Origin: a virus
Taxonomy: Duplodnaviria > Caudoviricetes
DNA: 64,000 bases
Reading direction: 5' to 3' (one strand)
Virus record (IMG/VR): IMGVR_UViG_3300020598_000119
In this document: one piece after another, positions 9,552-19,740 of the stretch
Layout of the letters: every line of letters begins with the position of its first letter
How positions within the stretch are numbered: position 1 is the stretch's first letter
The notes under the pieces: model-generated
Databases searched by the model: none
Seen by the model: the letters and a program-made list of their open reading frames with translations, nothing else
What the model was told of the DNA's origin: nothing
Made by a program: the position numbers and the translations under genes

Positions 9552-9942
9552 TCAAATCCGAAAAGCGCTAAACGCGATAGGGGAGGGGCTTCCGATCCAG
9601 GCGATGACAGCAAACCAAAGCGTCAGAGGAGGGGATCGTTCAAAGCGACTGGAGAAACACGAGGGAGACGGAAAGCGAGCATTCCGATGAGCGACACACG
9701 CTCTCCGATTGGGCTGTTCGCGAAAGAACCTCGACCTCGGACGATCAAGACCCATTCCAATCGCGCGGACAAAAATCTCCAGCGATTGGATAGCTAGTAT
9801 GGGATCTCGTTTGGCGAGGACTCAGAACCATCAAACAAAGGTCGCCCTTTTACACTCCTCGAAGAGGACGTGTGGCAACCCTTGACCATTTCAGTATGTG
9901 AGTGTCGGCGGCAAACGCCAAGCGAAAATAGAATTGGCTAAC

Positions 9943-10803
9943 CTAGGCCTCTTCGAAGACATCCAACAGAAGGCCTGCTTCCTGCCGGATAACGTCATCA
10001 CCAGCTGATGCATCGCAGAGTAGCCAACTATTCCCAAGCGTTCGCAAAACGACGTTCGAACGCGTCCACGAAAGCTCATCTCCTTCGCCGTAGTCGATAT
10101 TAAGACGCTGCGCCGACAGCTTGGAAGATCTGTCGGGGTCAATCTCGATGTGGAAGTAGGGGGCCACCCGCCAAGCCGTCCTGGAGTACGTCGCTTCATC
10201 GATCATCGCCGATGGCACCGTCTCTTCAAACAAGGCGATCAATTCTTCAGCAGTACGAGGCTTGTCCCCGCCAATCATGGTCTCGCAGACCTCACCCTCC
10301 TCATCCTCACCAGTCAAGACAATTCCAGCGACACCAAACTGACAGGCCTTATCGAGTTCACCCATCTGGTTCTTCTTGAAATCAACCACAGGGTCATTGG
10401 TCTTGGATTTGTCCATCCCTATGACGACGATTGCCCGATCCACCATCTTCGTCCCCTGTTTCGGGGGGAGGATGCACACTGCAGCATCGTTGAGCAGAAC
10501 AGGGAAGTTGTCGGTCTCGCGGGCGACGATGGTCTCGACAGATTTCACTGAGAGGATGCCGTCTTCGGACACCTCTGCCTTTCGCATAAGGACAATACCA
10601 CCGAGCCTGAGGCCATACTTCTTGAGAACTGAGAAGTCGCTCGGCTGAAAACCAACGGGGACTATACGAACTCGGGCTACATAAACCTGCCCCTCACGCA
10701 CTCCAGGCGCATCAGCGAGAATCTCAACCTTCGCAGCGCCATCAGCATCCCACTTAACAACTCGCGCGATAACGTTGGGTAATGCTGACCCCGACTTAGA
10801 CAT
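9943..10803 (-). CDS. Hypothetical protein
   Basis: Long ORF divergent from sbcB; start uncertain (10803-10863). Confidence 0.7.
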   Translation of the reverse strand: MSKSGSALPNVIARVVKWDADGAAKVEILADAPGVREGQVYVARVRIVPVGFQPSDFSVLKKYGLRLGGIVLMRKAEVSEDGILSVKSVETIVARETDNFPVLLNDAAVCILPPKQGTKMVDRAIVVIGMDKSKTNDPVVDFKKNQMGELDKACQFGVAGIVLTGEDEEGEVCETMIGGDKPRTAEELIALFEETVPSAMIDEATYSRTAWRVAPYFHIEIDPDRSSKLSAQRLNIDYGEGDELSWTRSNVVLRTLGNSWLLCDASAGDDVIRQEAGLLLDVFEEA

Positions 10804-10861
10804 TACTGCTTGCCTATTGCGAACTTCCATTGGACTCTGATGTAAATGCTGGAGTGAATTC

Positions 10862-12271
10862 ATGTCAGACCTCGTTTTCTATGATACTGAAGCTACGGAT
10901 GCAGACATCCGCCACGGGCAAATTACGCAATTTGGCGGTTTAAAGACTGATCTGGACTTCAATATCAGTGAAGAAATCAATTTCCGGGTTAAGCGGCTTC
11001 CATGGGTAGTGCCATCGCCAACGGCTTTGACCGTCACTAAAATGCAAGCCAGAGACCTCGATAACGAGGACGGTGTTTCCGAATATGAAGCTGCACGCAA
11101 GATGGAAAAATTTCTTGTTCCTGGATATGGACAGGAAAGGACATTGGTAACATTTCGCGGACCTTCATTCGACGACGAATTGATCCGTACAACTCTCTTC
11201 AGAAATCTGAATAATCCTTGGTTTTCATCAGGAAAAAAGACATCAAAGCTGGATGTATTCCATCTTGTTCGTCTGGCAAAAACGCTCAATGAGAACGCCT
11301 TAGAAGTCCCAATGGGAGACGAGGGCAAGCTTACCTGGCGATTGGAGAAACTTTGCGAGGCAAACGGCATCCAACTTGACGCACACGATGCCTTGGCTGA
11401 CTCGTATGGAACACTCGAAATCGCGGCTCTTGTTCGCAACACTACACCGAATGCTTGGCACACTTTGATGCGCTGCGGCCTTCCTGCACGGCAAGAAGAA
11501 CTGCTATCGGGCGCATATAGGAACGGCAAACCTCTGCTGTTGTTCCAATTTTTCTCAGAAGCAAAAGTTATTCCTTGCGCAGTCTTGGGAACAAACGACC
11601 AGAAAGGATGGATTCTAGCTGATCTCAGAGCAGAAAACATACCGGATATGGTCGACGACATAAGGGCGACCTTGTTCACCAAAGACACGCCGTTCCCGAT
11701 TGTCAAAAGCAACATGGCTCCGATTTTCTTGGACGAAACGACTGCGAGAGCAATCGATCCATCCATTGACACCAAATCAATAATCGCGAAAGCCAAAGAA
11801 ATCAAGGGGGGACGTTTAGCTGAACAGGCAGTAGAGGCATACAGAGGCCATGCGCATCCACGCCTCGAAAACATGACTTCGGAAGAAAAGATCTATTCCG
11901 GCTTCATCAGCGACAAAGATAAGCCCTTGTTAACTTCATTTCATCGGGCAGATACATGGGAAAAGAAATTGGCGATAAATTTCACAGACGCCCGCCTAAC
12001 GGATTTCAAGGCGCGCATTCTGCTAGACGCCTACTATTCCAATAAGGCTTCATTCCATGAAGAAGATGTGGCCATGCTGCGAGAACAATGCGCAGAGGCT
12101 CTTGATCGCCCATTTGCTGAAGCGAATTCACGCTTCATGACAATCAAGAAAGCGCTCGAAATAGGTGTTCCTCGCGATTGGGCGGACTGGGCAGAAGAGG
12201 TTTTCGATTATAAAATCGAGCCATCATGCGTGCTGGAACAAGAGGGGGATCAGTTGCAGATGTCCTTCTAA
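10862..12271 (+). CDS. sbcB: Exodeoxyribonuclease I (DEDDh 3'-5' ssDNA exonuclease)
   Basis: FYDTEAT, QFGG, FDDELIRTTLFRN, RLEKLCEANGI, AHDALAD, IYSGF motifs. Confidence 0.9.
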   Translation: MSDLVFYDTEATDADIRHGQITQFGGLKTDLDFNISEEINFRVKRLPWVVPSPTALTVTKMQARDLDNEDGVSEYEAARKMEKFLVPGYGQERTLVTFRGPSFDDELIRTTLFRNLNNPWFSSGKKTSKLDVFHLVRLAKTLNENALEVPMGDEGKLTWRLEKLCEANGIQLDAHDALADSYGTLEIAALVRNTTPNAWHTLMRCGLPARQEELLSGAYRNGKPLLLFQFFSEAKVIPCAVLGTNDQKGWILADLRAENIPDMVDDIRATLFTKDTPFPIVKSNMAPIFLDETTARAIDPSIDTKSIIAKAKEIKGGRLAEQAVEAYRGHAHPRLENMTSEEKIYSGFISDKDKPLLTSFHRADTWEKKLAINFTDARLTDFKARILLDAYYSNKASFHEEDVAMLREQCAEALDRPFAEANSRFMTIKKALEIGVPRDWADWAEEVFDYKIEPSCVLEQEGDQLQMSF

Positions 12272-12294
12272 AAAGCCTAGGACATCTACAATGA

Positions 12295-12633
12295 TCAGCT
12301 AGAAACTGCTCTCAAAATCGAAAAATATAGCCAACGAAGGCCGAGAGCAGTCATCCACCATGCACCCATGGCGACGATTATTGTTACCCAAGCCCCACCA
12401 TAATTGATAGCTGCGCTGAAAATCGAACCAGTGGTCACTCCTAAAACGATACTGTTTATGACCTCAATAGGGTTCATCAGCGCCCAACTTACTGAGGAAG
12501 CGCTTGGCAGGCCACCTGCAGCAGCCAAAAAGCTTAATCCATGGGACGTAAGAATCAGCGACAAAATGCCAAAGAAGGCCAAAAGAACAAGATTTATGGC
12601 GAAACCAGCGGCCTTTAATGTCTGTTCAAACAT
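12295..12633 (-). CDS. Small integral membrane protein
   Basis: About three hydrophobic segments; last gene of the Sel1-LDT operon. Confidence 0.7.
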   Translation of the reverse strand: MFEQTLKAAGFAINLVLLAFFGILSLILTSHGLSFLAAAGGLPSASSVSWALMNPIEVINSIVLGVTTGSIFSAAINYGGAWVTIIVAMGAWWMTALGLRWLYFSILRAVSS

Positions 12634-12643
12634 AGACGTTTCC

Positions 12644-13582
12644 TCAGTATTCACGCCAGATCAAGCGCCCGTTCGGCGACGAAGATTGTGGGTAGCCATC
12701 ACTTGGATCTCGCATTGGTACACCCGCGCAATTCGCTCCCTCACCGTCCAGACCATAGATATCTGGGTAGTAGCGAATAATGCCGTCACCATCCGGCCAC
12801 GCAGTCCAATATCCAAGGATAACCGTGATCGGATCAGACGGGGTGTAATCTGTCATGTCGTCGCCTTCGATCAATGCGTCGATATCCTCGCGTGTCCTGT
12901 TCAATGCCCAGGCCGCAACATCGCGAACATGCTCAATACGAACACACCCTGCAGAGCCAGCGCGCACATCGGAATCATATCTGGATGGCTCGTTGGTATC
13001 ATGCAGATAGATACCGTCCGCATTGTGGAGTCCGATTTTCAGCAGTCCAAGCGCGTTGTATGGACTCGGACGCTGAATGAATGAGGATGCTGACTCTGCA
13101 TATTGTGATGCTTCCGATGGAGACATCATCTGACCGTTCACCACGATGTCAAACCCGTTCTCTTCAAAGAACGAGGGATCACTTGCGAGCTTCTTCTTCC
13201 AGTTTTTTCGGCGAATGATGCTCTGCGGCACAGTCCACGTCGGATTCGGCCGCACATAGGTGATACGGGTCGACATTTCTGGGGTAGGGGTCATGTCCAT
13301 GCCCACCACAGCTCGGCTTTCGATAACCGGATCGCCATTCGTGTAGGCCGTCACTACTCCAGACGGAATGTTGACCACAAGGACCTTTCCTGAAGCCGGA
13401 AAGCTAACACCTTTCAATCTCTTCAACGTTCCACGCACAGCAGCATCCTGCTCTCCACATACATGGACATTGGAAGATGCCTCAGACAGCGTTTCCAAAA
13501 TCCAGGAGATCGGAGACGACTGGGCCTGCGTGGCAAACGGAATGCCTACCAGCGCGAACTTCAGGAAATCTCTTCTCTTCAT
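12644..13582 (-). CDS. L,D-transpeptidase (YkuD/YcbB-like) with Tat signal
   Basis: MKRRDFLK twin-arginine motif; VVNIP, NPTWTVP, IYLHDT, SAGCVR catalytic motifs. Confidence 0.92.
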   Translation of the reverse strand: MKRRDFLKFALVGIPFATQAQSSPISWILETLSEASSNVHVCGEQDAAVRGTLKRLKGVSFPASGKVLVVNIPSGVVTAYTNGDPVIESRAVVGMDMTPTPEMSTRITYVRPNPTWTVPQSIIRRKNWKKKLASDPSFFEENGFDIVVNGQMMSPSEASQYAESASSFIQRPSPYNALGLLKIGLHNADGIYLHDTNEPSRYDSDVRAGSAGCVRIEHVRDVAAWALNRTREDIDALIEGDDMTDYTPSDPITVILGYWTAWPDGDGIIRYYPDIYGLDGEGANCAGVPMRDPSDGYPQSSSPNGRLIWREY

Positions 13583-14607
13583 CGTCCTCTAAGTGCTCCA
13601 GATTGCGCCAGGCTCTGAGCCTCCTTGATCTCGGAGGAAGTCATGGAAAGCTCAAGCTTCTGCATTTCGGCCCGAGCATCAGATCCATCCGCGCCAGTGG
13701 AGCGGGCGGCGAGGTTCAACCATGCGTGCGCTAGAATCTTGCTCGGCGCAACGCCTTCACCCCGAAGGTGCATCTGTGCCATCTGACGCTGTGCAGGGGC
13801 ATAGCCCTGACGTGCAGCTATCGTGAAATAGCGAGCCGCTTCAGAGGCATTCTTCGGAGCGCCTGCGCCCTTCAGGTAACGGACACCGAGATTATAGCGG
13901 GCAGGGGCATCGCCCCGTTCTGCAAGCTCCTTAAGATCAACCATGCCACGGCCAGCCATGGCCTTCTCGGACGGGTGCTCGCACCCACAATTCTCGCTAC
14001 CGACTAGACGAGCGATGTCGACCTCGGTGAGCGTGCGGCCATGGACAGCCTTCATCTTCTCGACCGCTTCGCTGTTTCCCGCCATGGCGGCCATGTCGAA
14101 GTACGACTTCGCTACACTCGGGTCGGCAGGAACAGCGATACCGCTCTGGTACATCTGTGCCAACCGGACCTGAGCAGCGGCATTACCCATCTCTGCGGCG
14201 ATCTTGTAGTTGCGCAACGCGCCAGCATAGTCTGGCTTTCCACGGCCAACTTCCTGCAGGAGCGCTAGGTTGTAATAGCCGTTCGAGCTACCAGCCTTGG
14301 CAGCTTTCGAAAAATATCCAGAAGCTCCAGAACCGCCAAACCCACCAACCTGTCCTCGAAGAGCCATGACGCCGAGATTGTTCATGGCACGGACGTCACC
14401 AGCCTTCTCAGCACGCCTATAAGCGGAAACAGCAAGCTCATAATTCTGAGGAACGCCAATGCCGTGCTGGTAACGATAGCCAGCTTCGTAATCACGATTA
14501 AACTCCGCGCGGCTATCAGCAGAATGGACCGGATAGATTTCAGTTGAAGAGCAGCCAGCGAGCGCCAGAACAGCGGCAAGTGCAATTGATAGTTTCATTT
14601 TCGGCAT
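13579..14607 (-). CDS. Sel1-repeat lipoprotein
   Basis: Lipobox LAGC; repeated A.YNLG..Y..G.G Sel1 units. Confidence 0.9.
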   Translation of the reverse strand: MPKMKLSIALAAVLALAGCSSTEIYPVHSADSRAEFNRDYEAGYRYQHGIGVPQNYELAVSAYRRAEKAGDVRAMNNLGVMALRGQVGGFGGSGASGYFSKAAKAGSSNGYYNLALLQEVGRGKPDYAGALRNYKIAAEMGNAAAQVRLAQMYQSGIAVPADPSVAKSYFDMAAMAGNSEAVEKMKAVHGRTLTEVDIARLVGSENCGCEHPSEKAMAGRGMVDLKELAERGDAPARYNLGVRYLKGAGAPKNASEAARYFTIAARQGYAPAQRQMAQMHLRGEGVAPSKILAHAWLNLAARSTGADGSDARAEMQKLELSMTSSEIKEAQSLAQSGALRGR

Positions 14608-14666
14608 TGAATTGGTCCTAGCTATAAAACAGTGCTTAAAAATTGTTGCACCGATTTATCTCCAGC

Positions 14667-15131
14667 TCAAGCCGCCATTTTCCCTGTTTCTTTCAGCCAC
14701 GCAATATATTCAAGATCCCTGGCAGTCCATTTTGGGATGCGTTTCGAATGAATGCCAACGCGCTTCATAATTGCGCGAGCATGAGCTTTTTCAGCCTCTT
14801 CGGCAGCGTTCCTTTCTTCAGTCAAACGCTTTATTTCATCGCGGGCTGGCTTGTATTCGGCATGAATTGAGATCACATGAATCTCTTTTTTCGGCTGCCC
14901 TTTAATGAGCTTGAAAACCTCTCGACCCTTCTTGGATTTCGTTGAACAAACCGAATAAATCTCGACTGGTTTTCGTTCCTTATTCAAGCGGATCATCGCG
15001 TCGTAACCACAGCGCAAGCCCATTCCGCTCCACAGGATTTCTCCTGCAGGAACATCTTCTGAATTAGACCGGAACAGGCGGCAAAAATCGCGATCCTTGT
15101 CTAGAACAATGACGTAATTCTCTTCTGGCAT
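14667..15131 (-). CDS. Hypothetical basic protein
   Basis: 154-aa ORF. Confidence 0.7.
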   Translation of the reverse strand: MPEENYVIVLDKDRDFCRLFRSNSEDVPAGEILWSGMGLRCGYDAMIRLNKERKPVEIYSVCSTKSKKGREVFKLIKGQPKKEIHVISIHAEYKPARDEIKRLTEERNAAEEAEKAHARAIMKRVGIHSKRIPKWTARDLEYIAWLKETGKMAA

Positions 15132-15205
15132 AAGAGTAGCCTTCTTAGAGTTTCCTAGTTAACCAATGTTGATTCAATTAATCGGCCATCGGCAAGCATT
15201 AATCA

Positions 15206-16327
15206 TCACTCTCCAGACAAAAGTATCCGGATTTTCATGTCACAGCGTTCGGCGTAATTTTTGGTCAGCGTAAATGCGGAACACTTGAAATCGATATTGT
15301 TATGTTCGATTGCAGCGTCGATCTCCTTCCACAACTCCTCGTGATGCGGCATGCGCATACCAGGTTGACCTTCAATCGCCCTCATGAAGTCCTTGGAATA
15401 TAGCTCAATCTGCCCACGTGCAGACTTTGTATTCGCGCAAATAACCGACAGGCACTCATGGAGTGCCTGAACCCAGCCACTATGGCCGCTCTGATCCTGC
15501 ACAGTTCCACAATGAAGTGTCTCTTCCATTCGGTCGCTGCCAGAAGACGACACCCAGCAGGCCCATCCATTAAGTCCCTTTGAGGACACGTCATTGGCGA
15601 TGTAGGCAGTGACGGTTCTCTCGTTGATCTGCCGTCGCTTAATCACGATGGGCGAGGGGTCGACATACTCGATGACATGGGTAGGTTTAGCGGGCGCTTC
15701 TGAAAAATCGTGAACGGCAACCGCATCTTCGACAGGCTCTGCCTTGGCAGTGTTAGGAGTTGCAGGCGTCATATATTTCAAGGGTTCCATGAAGTTCGAA
15801 GGCTGTATCACACCACGAACCAACAAAGCGGTTTGCTCTTGGATAGCCCGACGAAGATGGTCTGGCCCCCACGCTTTCTGCAGGACAACAGTGGCGGCAT
15901 CCAAGACCGTCTCAGGGAACAGCTCGTCAAGTTCCTCTTCTTCGAGCTGCTCCTGTGCCTTTTCCAGGCACTCGATAATGGTCATGCCAGCCTCGACAAC
16001 GGAGTCGATATACGACTGCATGGCCTTCTCGGAAATTGTGCGGGGAGGGGACAATGCGTTATCGCCAGTTCCTGTAATCTGATGCATCTTGGCTGCTAGA
16101 ACCAAGAGAACGTCCTCAACCTGCATACATTCAATGAGCGTGTTCATCGCCGCATACCAAATGCCGATCAGCATGCGATCCTTCTGCTCGCGGAATTCAA
16201 GCGGCTGTGCAGATGATAGAATGGCCTTAGAGACGATAGATTTCGCCCGCGCACGCGCTTTGGCATCGTTGGCCTGCGGACTTACGCTTTCGATATCTTC
16301 TTCGATAATCAACTCTTCATCGGACAT
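15206..16327 (-). CDS. Hypothetical protein with degenerate C-terminal RNase HI-like domain
   Basis: C-terminus VTAYIAND...GWAC...ALHECL...ELWKEID...AERCD follows the RNase H layout but lacks most acidic catalytic residues. Confidence 0.6.
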   Translation of the reverse strand: MSDEELIIEEDIESVSPQANDAKARARAKSIVSKAILSSAQPLEFREQKDRMLIGIWYAAMNTLIECMQVEDVLLVLAAKMHQITGTGDNALSPPRTISEKAMQSYIDSVVEAGMTIIECLEKAQEQLEEEELDELFPETVLDAATVVLQKAWGPDHLRRAIQEQTALLVRGVIQPSNFMEPLKYMTPATPNTAKAEPVEDAVAVHDFSEAPAKPTHVIEYVDPSPIVIKRRQINERTVTAYIANDVSSKGLNGWACWVSSSGSDRMEETLHCGTVQDQSGHSGWVQALHECLSVICANTKSARGQIELYSKDFMRAIEGQPGMRMPHHEELWKEIDAAIEHNNIDFKCSAFTLTKNYAERCDMKIRILLSGE

Positions 16328-16493
16328 AGAAAACCCCACGATGTACTCGATTAAGGGTGATCCAATACAAGGAACAGAACAAGTCCAAGAAGAAAAATTA
16401 GTGAGGAAGCCTAGAGCAGGCCGCAAACTATTTCTTAAAAGGGAAGTGAATTTCGAAACGAAACCAAAGCAATAGCTGTTAGCACTTTGAATA

Positions 16494-16536
16494 AAAAAAG
16501 AGGGCGCTCCCATACTATGAGAGGCCCTTCTTTTTT
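16494..16536. terminator. Terminator downstream of the mucR-like gene
   Basis: AAAAAAGAGGGC...GCCCTTCTTTTTT. Confidence 0.7.
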
Positions 16537-16550
16537 GGGTTGCCTAGGCT

Positions 16551-17393
16551 TTAGGCTGCCTTGGCCTCATCGCTCTTTGGGCGACGGCCGCGCTTCACGG
16601 TCTTGGCTTCGTTAGCCTTCGGAGCCGATGCGGCCTTCGGCGGGCGACCACGACGACGCGGAGCCGACGTTTCTTCGGAAACCCTTTCCGATGACACGTT
16701 TTCTGCCTTGGCGCGCTGGTTGGCGATAGTCTTGTTCATAATCTCCTGACGCTTCTTCGCATAATTCGGAGCGACGACAGGGTAGTCAGGGCGCAGACCG
16801 AAGTGAGCGCGATATTCTTCCGGCGTCATACCGTATTTCGTTGCCAGAGCACGTTTGATGAAGGTCTGCTCGACGCCATCAATCAGGTTAACAATGGAGT
16901 CCGGCTTGATGGCATCCTCGGGGTCCATATTATTGAACGGCGTCCGGCTGATGTGCGCGAACTTATATCCCTGCTGCCCTTCGCCTGTTGCCGGAGCAGG
17001 GTAGCTGACTTCGGGATTTTTCTTCGGACGACCGGGGCCGCGCTTCTGGACAGGCTCGCTGCCGACCACTGCTAGGAACGGCAGGGTTTCTTGCGAGCGT
17101 TCTTCGCCACCTTCAGCACCCGCGTTTTCGCTGGATGTCTCCTGGGCGACTTCACCAACCACCAACGAGCGAGGCTTGCGACCGCGACGAGCAGCAGGCT
17201 GTTCAGCTCCTGCGGTCGTCTCAGCGCCAGACGGGGCCACAGCCGCAGCATTTTCACCTGCCACGTTAAAAACCACGTTCTTCACGCGCTCGAAAACGTT
17301 CGGCAAATCCTGCGGATTGACCTGATTATGCTGCACGTATGCAGTCATGAAATTCATCAGGTGGTCGAATGTAGTGGTTTTTTCTTCTGCCAT
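16551..17393 (-). CDS. mucR: MucR/Ros-family regulator with AT-hook insertions
   Basis: N-terminal AYVQHNQV...DLP; core GMTPEEYRAHFGLRPDYPVVAPNYA; GRP/GRK AT-hook-like motifs. Confidence 0.85.
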   Translation of the reverse strand: MAEEKTTTFDHLMNFMTAYVQHNQVNPQDLPNVFERVKNVVFNVAGENAAAVAPSGAETTAGAEQPAARRGRKPRSLVVGEVAQETSSENAGAEGGEERSQETLPFLAVVGSEPVQKRGPGRPKKNPEVSYPAPATGEGQQGYKFAHISRTPFNNMDPEDAIKPDSIVNLIDGVEQTFIKRALATKYGMTPEEYRAHFGLRPDYPVVAPNYAKKRQEIMNKTIANQRAKAENVSSERVSEETSAPRRRGRPPKAASAPKANEAKTVKRGRRPKSDEAKAA

Positions 17394-17766
17394 GTGAGTG
17401 ATCCTTACGTTAAACTCTGTTTGGCTTCCTTGAGAATTCCAAGTCGGCCCTATCGATCTCTTGGTGGATCATTCGTTTTCAGGGCGTCTCTCGGTTATTC
17501 ATATGGCTTCTATATGTATCTTTTTTTCGAACTTCAAGAGGCAAATATGTGAAAAGACCTAGGTTTGTTCATTTTTTTGGTGATTTTAACCGTTCGAGGG
17601 CCATTAATCCCCACCCAACGCGCGTTTTGAGGCCTTTTGATGAAGCTCACCCCTCCAAGATTGACAATTGCGCCTATCCCATCGAGCATTGTTGAAGGTT
17701 ATACATCAGCTAGCGGCAACCGCTTTTAACCAATGCAGACCAAATAACCAGTGGAAACAGTCAAAA

Positions 17767-19740
17767 ATGCAACCTGATGCCTCCCAATCGTTCAATCCAT
17801 CCGCAAAAGCGGAGAACAATAGGGAAACATCGCACAATTCTGCCCAGAAATCGCTCCCTTTACCTCCTTTTAGCGCAAAGAACCCAGGAGAAAAGGCCTC
17901 CGAGGTCTTAAATCGGGTGTTTGGTTACCGAACCTTCAGAGCGGGACAGGACGACATTATCAATCATGTTGCCAATGGGCATAGCGCGTTTGTCCTTAAG
18001 CCAACGGGAGGAGGGAAATCGCTGTGTTATCAGGTACCTGCGCTTATGCGCGATGGGGTAACAGTCGTCCTTTCACCATTATTGGCATTGATGAAAGACC
18101 AGGTAGATACACTTCGTAAGAAAGGTGTACGCGCAGCCGCATTGACTTCTACGAGCAGCTGGACAGAAATCGATGAGATAAAGGCGGCGCTAGCGGCAAA
18201 TAATCTCGACATTCTATATATATCGCCCGAACGACTGAGCCTAGCTTCTTTTAAGCGCCTCATGTCAATTGCAAAGATTGGCCTTTTTGCTATCGATGAA
18301 GCGCATTGTGTGTCCCAATGGGGGCACGATTTTCGTTCCAGCTATCTGAACATTGGCAAATTTCTCGATTTATTTCCTGATGTTCCGAGGATTGCACTTA
18401 CTGCGACTGCCGATCCAGACACACAGGAAGAAGTAGCGACGCGACTTGGCATTACAGAAGCTAGGAAATTCGTAGAAAGTTTTGACCGCCCGAACATCGC
18501 AATTGACATCCAAGACAAGACTGAAGAGGCGAGTCAGGTTATTGAGCTTTTGAGAGATAACGGAGACGAGAACGCTATCGTATTTTGTTCGTCTCGCAGA
18601 AAGGTCGAGGAACTTCACTCTCTACTGGTTGAGAATGGCATTAACTCGATCCCATATCATGCAGCCATGGACCCCGATGTGCGGCGAGCCAACCAAGACA
18701 GGTTCTTGAATGAGAAGCCCGTCGTTGCGGTCGCGACTATCGCGTTTGGTATGGGCATCGACAAACCCGACATTCGCTTGGTTATCCACACAACGATGCC
18801 ACCTACTGCGGAAGGATATTACCAAGAGATCGGTAGGGCCGGACGCGACGGTCAGATGAGCAAGGCTGTCCTTCTCTATTCGCCAAAAGACGTCGTTCAT
18901 CAGATGCGCCATCTTCGCGTAAAATTGGAAGACAGCGCCGAAAACTCGACCGAAAGACAGCAGGCGATCCTGAGCATCAGAAAACTGCAGATGATGCAGG
19001 GAGTTGTTGAAAGCCCTGACTGCCGGAAAACCACGCTCCTTAGATGCTTCGGTGAAAATCTCCCAGAGCCATGTGGCACCTGTGATCGCTGTATATATCC
19101 AGCTGTCACTTACAATGCGACCAAGCCAAGCAATCTATTGGTCAGAACAGTTGGCCTGACCGGACAAAAATACGGGGCAGGGTATCTCATTGAAGTTCTG
19201 CAGGGGCTTACCACCGAACGCGTGATGGCCAACAACCATCAGGACATAGCCACCTTTGGATTGGGTTCCGATTTTAATCGGAAACAATGGCAGTCAATGG
19301 CGCGTCAGCTGGTGGCTGGAGGATATTTGAAATCGACCAAATTAAGCACACTCGAACTCGGCGAGAAAGCCTTTGGCCTCATAAAGGGCAACGACGTTGT
19401 CCACTTAACTCCAATGGGTCGCCAGCGCAGACTGATGCCAAAAAAGAAGGCAGGTGCCGGATTGCCTGAGAGTTTGAGGAACATGCTCGATGACCTGCTG
19501 CGCCTCAGAGAGGATATTGCGGCCGAGTACGGAATTGATCGATCTGCTGTTATAACGGATAGGGCGCTGGAAGAGATCATCTCAGCCCAACCGACCTCTA
19601 TCGAAGATCTCACGAACCTTAAATCGATTTCAGAAGGCCAGATTTCGGAGTATGGCTCTCGACTGCTGTCTGCTGTTAAGAGCCATACTCGAAACGACGA
19701 ACCCGACGCAGGAGTTCAAGAGTTCAATCTCTTCGGTTAG
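17767..19740 (+). CDS. recQ: RecQ DNA helicase
   Basis: [50 protein letters not shown], Zn-RQC CR...CGTCDRC, C-terminal HRDC. Confidence 0.97.
   Translation: MQPDASQSFNPSAKAENNRETSHNSAQKSLPLPPFSAKNPGEKASEVLNRVFGYRTFRAGQDDIINHVANGHSAFVLKPTGGGKSLCYQVPALMRDGVTVVLSPLLALMKDQVDTLRKKGVRAAALTSTSSWTEIDEIKAALAANNLDILYISPERLSLASFKRLMSIAKIGLFAIDEAHCVSQWGHDFRSSYLNIGKFLDLFPDVPRIALTATADPDTQEEVATRLGITEARKFVESFDRPNIAIDIQDKTEEASQVIELLRDNGDENAIVFCSSRRKVEELHSLLVENGINSIPYHAAMDPDVRRANQDRFLNEKPVVAVATIAFGMGIDKPDIRLVIHTTMPPTAEGYYQEIGRAGRDGQMSKAVLLYSPKDVVHQMRHLRVKLEDSAENSTERQQAILSIRKLQMMQGVVESPDCRKTTLLRCFGENLPEPCGTCDRCIYPAVTYNATKPSNLLVRTVGLTGQKYGAGYLIEVLQGLTTERVMANNHQDIATFGLGSDFNRKQWQSMARQLVAGGYLKSTKLSTLELGEKAFGLIKGNDVVHLTPMGRQRRLMPKKKAGAGLPESLRNMLDDLLRLREDIAAEYGIDRSAVITDRALEEIISAQPTSIEDLTNLKSISEGQISEYGSRLLSAVKSHTRNDEPDAGVQEFNLFG

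Noticed and set aside
7819-9755. Short ORFs in the array region (e.g. 7995-8495, 8604-8825, 8961-9236)
   Set aside because: Their composition (C/Q/T/L/N-rich) is what translating the octamer lattice gives; no RBS or recognisable domains; an 8-bp period does not fit codon structure
10879-11874. Long antisense ORFs (331 aa opposite sbcB; also 20884-21441 and 24028-24678) and the off-frame same-strand ORF 29463-30413
   Set aside because: Shadows of well-supported genes with no independent motifs
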